From Podarcis melisellensis (Eukaryota): DNA of 64,000 bases. The stretch is taken from the NCBI GenBank assembly GCA_964234715.1, contig OZ174275.1. The stretch is one strand, 5' to 3'. How positions within the stretch are numbered: the first letter of the stretch is position 1; each line of letters opens with the position of its first letter. A program made the translations under genes and the position numbers. A model generated the notes under the pieces. The model was given only the letters and a program-made list of their open reading frames with translations, was not told where the DNA came from and did no database searches. Positions 1 to 64,000 of the stretch are shown piece after piece.

Positions 1-31562
<31,562 letters not shown>

Positions 31563-32215
31563 CACCAGCCAAGGAAAGTCTTTCTTGCCAAGACCATCCA
31601 CTCTAGAATGCTGCTAGAGGAAAGCAGGTCTGCTTCGGGTGGCCAGAGTGCCTTTCTCGGCTTTGCTCAACTCACAGCTTCTCCAAGGGAGGCCACTCTT
31701 GGAGTGTCTCAAGACTTCTTTTCACAAAGGATAGTTGTATACTGTCTTCTCTTTTGCTCAGTGTTTCAATACCATTCAGTATTTTCCCTGAAGACGACTC
31801 ATACTAACTCATAATTTGCTCAGCAACCAGTATCCATAAGGGATTAAGGGGAGGGGCTCTCCTGCCATAGGGAATGAATGAAAATCCAAAGTTCTGTGTT
31901 CATCTAATTGTGCAGCTACCAATAGGGACTGCAAACCCCATCACTGTGATATCTAAAAATATGCACAGTCCTAATCTTTCTAAATTATCCTAATTTCTTT
32001 CCCTAGCGGTATGTTTGTATCTCGTACTGTTATTTATCAACATTGTTCTTCCTTTCCCTGCTCCCTCCCCTCCCCCTCAGTGTTTTTTTAACAGGAAAAT
32101 ATATTAAAGACACTTAGTACACCATTGACAGAGGAATTTGGTATAATTATGATCAGTGATTATTTTTTATACTGTAAGTGCCAAAGCTTTAACTACTGTG
32201 GGAGACAACTCTTTT

Positions 32216-32221
32216 AATAAA
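32216..32221 (+). terminator. FN1: FN1 polyadenylation signal AATAAA
   Basis: AATAAA in context gacaactcttttAATAAAaagatttaca, resembling the conserved vertebrate FN1 3' end; followed by GT/T-rich sequence. Confidence 0.85.
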
Positions 32222-32984
32222 AAGATTTACAATCCAGCTGTGTGTCTAGTCTCTTTCTTCTTAGGATTGTGTAGCTCATCCCTGGAACAGGAACATGGAG
32301 CTCTTCTACATCCCCCTTCTAGGCCCTGAAATACAGGTGCTGTATAGCACCATTGGTGCAAGTGTGGATCTATCACAACATAAAAATACATCTCCTTTAT
32401 ATTTTTTGAGCTTTTCATTTTTCAGAACATCACCAGCCATGTCTCCCCTGCTCATTACCTCCCTCAGATTAGGCTGATAGGTGGCGACTGGCCTAAGGCT
32501 GCCCAAGGAGCTTTGTGAAAATTGAAACTGGAATCACTAATTCCTACAGCAAAGGAAATTCTCTCTCTTAGGCTTTATTGTTATAAGACACCTGTCTTAT
32601 GAAACAGGTGAAGAAAGCCTACCCTGACTTTATCATGGGGGTGAGGCATCTTTAGCCTACCTTGATGGCCTTTACTCTTGCCCCATTCTGATCTAGACCA
32701 TTTGAACTAGTCAGGGGAGGAGGTGACTGTATGGAAAGATTTTGCTTTAGGGCAACTAGAGGGGCTGGTGCTGAATGTTGATGCTCTACGCCCAGTGATT
32801 CCGACCCTATTTTTAAAGCATTTGGCAGCGGTACTCCCTGAGATCTTAACCGTCTTCAGTCACAACATGAAACACAAGGCTAAACTTTACAGAACCCAAG
32901 ACTGCAATGATTACAACAACAAAATGCTAATACTGTAATACAGCTTTTGTTACACAATATGGCTTGCAATACTGTTAATGTCGA

Positions 32985-33331
32985 GGGACGCGGTTGGCAC
33001 TGTGGGTTAAACCACAGGGCCTAGGACTTGCCGATCAGAAGGTCGGCGGTTCGAATCCCCGCGGCGGGGTGAGCTCCCGTTGCTCGGTCCCTGCTCCTGC
33101 CAACCTAGCAGTTCGAAAGCACAAAGTGCAAGTAGATAAATAGGTACCACTCCAGCAGGAAGGTAAACGGCGTTTTCGTGCGCTGCTCTGGTTTGCCAGA
33201 AGCGGCTTAGTCATGCTGGCCACATGACCTGGAAGCTGTACGCTGGCTCCCTCGGCCAAAAAAGCGAGATGAGCACCGCAACCCCAGAGTCGTCCGCAAC
33301 TGGACTTAATGGTCAGGGGTCCCTTTACCTT
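32985..33331 (+). mobile_element. Sauria SINE (Squam1), full length, 12-bp TSD
   Basis: gggacgcggttggcactgtgggttaaacc...cctttacctt; TSD tactgttaatgt at 32970-32981 and 33332-33343. Confidence 0.93.
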
Positions 33332-34243
33332 TACTGTTAATGTTGCTATCATGAAAACTGCTGTTTGCAGTCTTTACTGCAGGCCAGAAGAAGAAGAGCC
33401 AGTTGTTAGTGAAGTTACTCAAGGCAGCAAACAAACTCAACAACACTCTGAGTAGGTCTTGCCAGGACTGATTGTCCCCACCTTCTACCCCCTCTAAGGC
33501 TCCTCTCTGCCAGATGTTTCCAAGCAGTCTCAAACTGCATCTGGGCATCTCTAATCTTTGTCCCGGCCTACGCATCACTCTGCGTGTCCTTGGAGACAAG
33601 GGGGGAGGGGGGCTTGTCATAGTAGATGTTAGCTATTTGTGATCAAAAATAGTTGAATACATAAATGGTTGAATATAAATCTTTACTTTGTGAAATACAT
33701 TACAAATACTAACAGGAGAGGCAGGCTTCCTGTCGTCTTCTGCAGCCTCTTGCCTGCCCTCCTCTGCTTCAGCCTCGCTGTCACCAACTTGCTCCGCTCA
33801 CTAAATCCTGTTGACCCAACAGCATTCCACTCCTTGAACTCTCCGCAGTGTCCCATCACCAATCCCTGGGCTCTGAGCCTTCCTCTTCTGGGGTTTCTCT
33901 TGGTGGTTCCTCAGCTGATGCCTCCCACCACTGTTTGTCACCCAGCCGTTCTCTGACAACAGGAAACTTCCCGGGGAACGGGGAGTATGTTATGGGCCCT
34001 GTGTGCATAAACGAAAGTGGGGAACCCACTGCAACTTCCCACCCAACAGCTGTTTAAAGGTTTGGTTGATTGGTGGCAGGGATGTTGGATTTAGAGTGGG
34101 AGAGGGAAGCGGTGGGCAGGGAGGGAGACTGTCTTGCCCTTCCTACCCTTTACATGGCTGGCGTGAAGCCACTTTGTGGCTGGACTTCCTCTTTTTCCTC
34201 CAAGAGGACAGGTTGTTTTCACCTCCTCTTTTTCTGCCTCATT

Positions 34244-34530
34244 CAGGGATACGAAACCTAAGGCCCATAGGCCACAAGCAGCCCACGGGGTTGTTTAACC
34301 GGCCCATAAGTCACCCCCAAACCAAGCCGCCCCGCTCGGCAAGTCCCCATGCGCTGCGCTAAACCAGAGCAGAACAGTGTGGGGACTCGCTTCTGTGGCG
34401 CCAGAAATCGCATCTGCGCAGATGCCAGAAATCACAGGAACGTGTACTCAGGCGTGTGCGCAATCCAGCCCAGAGAGGGATCTCTGCTGGTGTGAAACGA
34501 CCCAGGCGAGGTAAAACTTGCCGACCCCCG
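34244..34530. mobile_element. hAT (Charlie-type) MITE
   Basis: Ends CAGGGATACGAAAC / ACTTGCCGACCCCCG; 8-bp TSD gcctcatt / gtctcatt (7/8 match). Confidence 0.75.
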
Positions 34531-34949
34531 GTCTCATTGTTGGCATTTTTAGCACGGTTCCATTTGTGGGGGTAGCAGGATTTGTTGGATAGCGTGGGAG
34601 GGTCTCAGAGTGAGCTCTCTCTAGTCCACCATCTTCCAAGAAGTCCCTGTCATTGAGTGGGAGAGCGTGGCAGCAGTGAGAGCGTCCGCACACAATTTTG
34701 GAGCCCTTGGCGTCTTTTTTTCTGGACTTTTGGCTCACTGGCGTACTCTACGGCCTCTGAGGAGTGTCTCCTTAGGGGCCACAAGGACTTTCCAGCTCTA
34801 ACCCACCATTTCAGGTTAGAATTGTATTATTTCATTATTTCACAATGCTACATGTATGCAGTCGCATGTGACTCAATCGTGTGAAAGTAAGGGGATGACT
34901 GTATTTGCTCCTAGTAAAACTGTCCTAAAAGGCAGTTTATTTTTTAATC

Positions 34950-35190
34950 AATGCAGGCCACCAATTCAGTATGTTTGGCACCAAGCTGGTGCCACACGTA
35001 TTGTCCTGCTTTCCTTTGGGCCACATCAGTGAGGCAGAGAGGGGTCTTTTTGTCTGGGCAGCACAAGACCTCCATACACACTGCCAAGGCTTGTGCCCTG
35101 GGGAGGTCACTCAGTGCTGCAAATGCAGCCGTTTGACTTCAAACCTGGAGGTACACTCCATTGTCCCTTGAGACAGATGGATGCCAACAG
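34950..35190 (+). mobile_element. RTE-type LINE 3' remnant
   Basis: Ends tccattgtcccttgagacagatggatgccaac, resembling RTE 3' termini. Confidence 0.45.
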
Positions 35191-35329
35191 GAGAAACCAA
35201 GCACATTTTCCTACCTTCATTTGTCATCCAAGGCCAGTTCATACAACCGCATAGTTGCAGGGTCACAAACAGCACAAAGCATTCCCTTCGTAGGCTGCGC
35301 CATGTTGAACCTTGCTTTCAGAGAGATTC

Positions 35330-35552
35330 ATTCAAGTCCCACCACCTCCAATGGAGATTCCAAGTATGATTACGGAAGTCTTTGTTTTAGCTGTGTACTT
35401 CCAAACGAGCAACTTGTTAGGCAGCGCTGCTTGAACAGGTTGTGTCCCTCTAGCCACAAATTTGGAGGTTTAAGTATAATATGTTGGTATGGGAAACTGT
35501 CGTGTAACGGGCCAATGGCCGTAATAAAGATCAATCCAATCCAATCCAATCC
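35330..35552 (+). mobile_element. LINE 3' tail (RTE-X-like) ending in AATAAA + (CCAAT)n
   Basis: ggccaatggccgtaataaagatcaatccaatccaatccaatcc: small hairpin, polyA signal, microsatellite tail. Confidence 0.5.
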
Positions 35553-37227
35553 TCTAGCCAACTACAGCACAACTTGAAATGAGCCAAGAGGCAGGGAGGT
35601 GGGTGCTCTTCGTTCTACTTCACTTGAATACAGCCAGTGTAACTTGGGGCTCTAGATTACACCACACCTGTCTAGCAAGAGCCTATGAAGGGTTTTTCTC
35701 CAGCAGCTGCAGTTCATTCTCATCTACCACTGCATCTCAACTACACAGTGTGTTAGATGAGCTGGACAGCACCATCTCTTCAACACTTGCCATTGGTTAA
35801 ATTAAAAATTAAAAAGCTTTAGCTCACCAGATATTGACTTTGTTTTTGGTATAGAAAGTAAAGTAAAATCAAAAGCTCTTGTCTATTTAGATTAAAGTGA
35901 ATTACCCAGGTGAACATACCCACACTGAGCATATACCCAAAATCTTTCTTTCTCCAGGCAAATTAAAGGATTTCCTAAAGGAGACAGAAGTGCTGACCCA
36001 ACTCCCTAAAAATACAACAACAATTCTCTCTTACACTTTGGGGAAAACCCTTTAGAAATTGAGTCAATTTTGTTGCTTGGTCACTTTCATGTTTGTAACA
36101 AATAACTTCTGACACCAGGAGCCCTTTGTTTAAACTGCACATCTGATCTGACAAGCACAGCAAAACATGCTTCAGAGTATTTCACAGATATTTTTAATAA
36201 ACCACCAAACATGCAGAAACCATGATGCCAGATTCCTCCCCCTTGGCAGTGCTGTCAGCATGGCAGAAGTTATTTCCATCACTTTATAATACACCTCCCC
36301 AAAGACAGTTCACATTTAACAATTCCAACTAAGCATAAGGCAAATCTTTTTAAAGCAGCAGATTGAAGCACCACTGTCCCATATTGTAGCTCACTGTTTT
36401 GATTTCAGAGTTTTGAAAACGGAAACAAACATTTAGGAAGATGAGGCTGCAGCTTTTGTAAGTCTTTATCTCTCCTGGTCTTATGTGAGAGTATGTAGGG
36501 TAGAAGAAGCTGCACAGAGCATCTTGATGTCCTGGTGCAAATTCTGGAGTTTAACATATTTATAGTCGGACCACAAGTTGGTGTCCAGGTACCTAGTACA
36601 GGATACAGAGAATAAGCATATAGGAGCCCGATAAAAGCTTCAGACACTCCCACACCAAAGTTGTTGCAGATCCTCCTGCAGTTGTTCCCCAACCCTTGTT
36701 AACCAAAGAATGTATTGTGGTTGCTTATAACGGCATGGCTACAAACTACTACATTTATTCTATAAATTTACTCAACATGTATTATATTACTTGTGCTGGA
36801 CCCCCCTGAAATTCTCACTTATCTGTGTGAGTGCAGCTTCTCCCATGCTTGTAGGTCTATAAATCCTTCCATCCCTTTAAAAAAGAGGTTTAGCTGTTGT
36901 GGAGGTAACATGTGCTGAGGGTGCAGAATAAGTTTTGTAGCTGCCAGTCACCTCATCATATTTAACCATGGTAGGAGAAACAGCAGAAGAAGTTGCAATC
37001 GGAGTGGCCAGTGAACATCACAAGGGGCCAGGCACCCAAAATTCAGAATATCCTGTCTGTACAGTGCTAGGTTTTTGGCACCAATTTAAAACCAGCACCA
37101 CCCAGGCCTTTGCCTCTATTCCCACTGCTGTGAAGTGTACTTATCTTGCTACTATTTTATTTTGTTAATGCTTGCTGATGCATTACATTTTGTTTTACCT
37201 ATTTTATTAGCAATTGTAACTTGCTCT

Positions 37228-37272
37228 GGTCCATGGGGTCACAAAGAGTCGGACACGACTAAATAACAACAG
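37228..37272 (+). mobile_element. BovB LINE 3' terminal fragment
   Basis: gtccatggggtcacaaagagtcggacacgactaaa(caa)n is the canonical BovB 3' end. Confidence 0.85.
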
Positions 37273-38126
37273 CAAACTTGCTCTTCGAAGAGTGCAATAG
37301 AAATACCAAATTTCACCGCATCATTGTTGCATTTTTAATGCTCTCCCCCCCAACCCCCCCCCATTATGTAGTGAATTACGGTAATGGCTGGAAGCAGTCA
37401 AGGTAGGTGGAAGCCGTTGTGTCCCAGAGTGTGGGCAGGAGGAGACATAGACCTCAGCGGTTGGGTGTGAGCCAAGTTGTGGGGTGCTGGAGTTCCACAC
37501 CTGCCAAGTTTGCACAGGCCTCCGGCGGCTCGCGCCCCCCGAGGCAGGAACAGATGGAGGGACCCAGAGAGGCCAAAGCAATCTGGCGCCCGGGTTGAAT
37601 GCCCTTCCCAGTCAATAGCCAGCAATTAAGGCCATCGGCAGCCCAGCTCCACAGATCCTCCTGCTGTCAAATTATACCCTGCAACTATTATGTGGGGAAA
37701 GTACTGGAACCAACTTTAGAGCTGCAAAAATGGGGGTGAGACTATTACGAGATTAAATGTGGTATTTTAATATCAAAGTACAATGATTATCTGCTTCCCA
37801 TACATACAATGCCCAGCTGATTATCTGCATACTGCAAAAGCCAATAAAACTAATGTCCACACCTTGAATGCATAAAGGATTTGACTTCAGACACATTAGT
37901 GACAAATACTTTTGTCCATTAATTTTTCAAGAAATGCATCAGAGGCTAGCTACTTTAGTTTTCTCAAAGCGATGGGTATTATATGTAGAATATAAAGTGA
38001 AATGTTCCCATGAAGACTGGCTTTTTAGAAAGCAAGCAAGAACCCGTTAATGAGGATGCTTCCACCGCCTGAAGCAGAGAGACAAGCCAATGAGCAAAGA
38101 GGAATGTCTGGCCACGTGGGGAAGCT

Positions 38127-61959
<23,833 letters not shown>

Positions 61960-63419
61960 TTACTTGATTTCTATAGTACTCCTTCGGTGCAATAAACTGT
62001 TTGACTAAAAGACCGATCTGCCAATAGAGATGGTATAATAGGTATTTGGTTAATATGAAACACATGGTGGAAGATTATTTTCATCTCTTCTTCTCTCCAT
62101 TAAATAACACTTTTAATGTATCTGTTCTAGTGAACATCCAAAAATTGGTGAATGTAAACAATTATTTCATGAATGTTGACAATCCACTATGAACGTCTAT
62201 TCTGTCTATGTCTGAAAATGCAGCAGCAACCATTGCCTAAATGAATGTCAAAAAGTCAAGAAGCACATGCTTATTTTCACAAAATGCAACAGGGATTGCC
62301 AGCACTGACCATGTGGATACCCGCTGAATTCTGGGCAGTCACTGTAGCATATATATGAATTGGCTTGGCCAGCCTTGTTCGGCCTGACAAGGATGCTGTG
62401 ATAAATCACTACTTTAAATGTACATGTGGAATATGGAAGCTGAAAGAGGATTATTTGCTCAGTGTCACCCAACGTTTCCAAGCTAGAATTTGAACAAACT
62501 CTTCTGAATATAAGCAAAGTACCTCCTTAGCCACAGGTTCTCTGTACAGGCATGATAATGTCTTGGGTATAAAATAAAAAGAGTTCTTGGTAGTAAAATG
62601 TCTGAGCTCCTCTTAATCTAAACAATGTATGATTTTCCAAGGTAAAGGCAAAATTTAGTATTTTTCCCCCCAACTTCTTTGCAGCCAGTCATGAAAACCC
62701 CAAAACCCAAGTTTGCATTTAGAGCTAGATACACCAGCTATCCATAGCAACTTGACAGCTTCCTCGCCCCTCTGTGAAACACTGGCTGACACCACAAGGT
62801 TGGTGGGAAGATAAACTGAAATTTACTGGAAATTTAGGAGACCAAAAATAGCATCAAGGGGCAAATTGATAAGGAGTTGAGCCCATGCTGCACAGCTCCA
62901 CACTCTCCAGCACATTACGGTTACACCACTGTTCACCTTTCTTTTTAAGAAATGCTACATACTTTGCATGGTACAAAAGGATGACCAAAATCACTTAGTA
63001 AAGACTGGAGTTGGAAAATAGGAACTTTTTGCCCAGGGAAATGTCCATGGGAGGCACGTGTTGCTTCCTCTTGGACTAATCCTTTATCATGGTCTTGAAT
63101 GGGTATTTTGTTTAATGCTTGCCTATCTTAATGGATTTGCTTCTCTTAATGGCACACAGCCTCAAACAGATGACAGATTACATGAAAGGGGACAGAAAGG
63201 CTTTCAACTGCTCATTTCAGAAAGCCTTTCTAGACATCTAAAAAGCATTAGTTCCCTTTCACATGACCACAGCCAAATAATGCATTCCCTTTCCTCTAAT
63301 TAAAGTAAATTTCACCAGGAAAGGCTATTGAGCAAAGAATTTAAAGGATTCTAAACTCAAGACAACATTACACTCTCTCCCCCCACTTTAAAGTCCACCT
63401 TCAGAAAGAAAGGCAACTT

Positions 63420-63650
63420 TGTCTTGTACCTTGGAAGTCAAACAGCTTAGTTGCTGAACATTTTCCTTCCCGAACGCTGCAAACCTGGAAATGACTGTTC
63501 TGGTTTGCAAACTATTTTTGGAAGCCGAACGTCCAACAGGGTTTCCGTGTCTTCTGCTTGGCTGCAGGAGCTTCCTGCAGCCAATCAGAAGTCATGCTTT
63601 GGTTTTTGAGCTTTTTGGAAGTTGAACAGACTTCCAGAACGGATTTCAAA
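63420..63650. mobile_element. Degenerate Tigger-like MITE related to 61089
   Basis: Shared internal motifs (ggaagccgaac, ctggtttg..aact); TIRs eroded. Confidence 0.5.
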
Positions 63651-64000
63651 GAAGCCATTTTTATGTAGAGACAAACCACACCTTTAGAAATTTGGGTGGA
63701 GAGCTCAGTGGTATAGTCCATGTTTTGCCAAGAGAAGATGGTTATGAGGACAAAATGGGAAGGGAGAGAACAACATACGTCACCATGAAGGAAAGGCAGA
63801 ACATACATGCCATCATATGTAAATAAATGTAAACATGGAAGCCTCTCATCCCTCCCCCATGAATATTTCTTCAAAGTCTTGTACTGGCCTCCTTTTTCAC
63901 ATACGCCGACATGAATATTGCAGGATACAAGAAAACCTAGGCAAAAATTTGCAGGTCCTTTGAATCTTTATACCGGGTCACATCACAGGTCCATCTGGCT

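Noticed and set aside
37766-37771. ATTAAA on - strand as the ATIC polyA signal
   Set aside because: Plausible, but several alternative hexamers lie further downstream; cannot be fixed without 3'-end data
32222-38126. Convergent FN1-ATIC arrangement as a novelty
   Set aside because: Tail-to-tail ATIC/FN1 synteny is the established vertebrate arrangement

Overview
Vertebrate genomic DNA, most likely a lizard (probably lacertid, judging by Sauria/Squam1, Squam3 and tRNA-Lys/CR1-tail SINEs). The + strand carries the 3' half of fibronectin 1 (FN1): 25 exons running from repeat III-6 to the stop at 31562, with polyA signal at 32216. These include EDB, the synergy site, RGD, EDA (mostly hidden in a 188-N gap), Hep II, the V/IIICS region and I-10 to I-12. 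ATIC exons 3-16 lie tail-to-tail on the - strand (61903 to 38127). Introns hold many SINEs, LINE fragments and MITEs. Most notable: (1) a TSD-flanked Penelope-like insertion with two inverted minimal hammerhead-ribozyme motifs about 0.6 kb upstream of the FN1 V exon; (2) a second RGD at the extreme FN1 C-terminus (…RRGD-stop); (3) a near-perfect palindrome with 141-bp arms in ATIC intron 13; (4) a 50-bp copy of FN1 exon III-10a inside the next intron. Coordinates and translations were read by eye. Comparisons to other species are from memory, not from searches.
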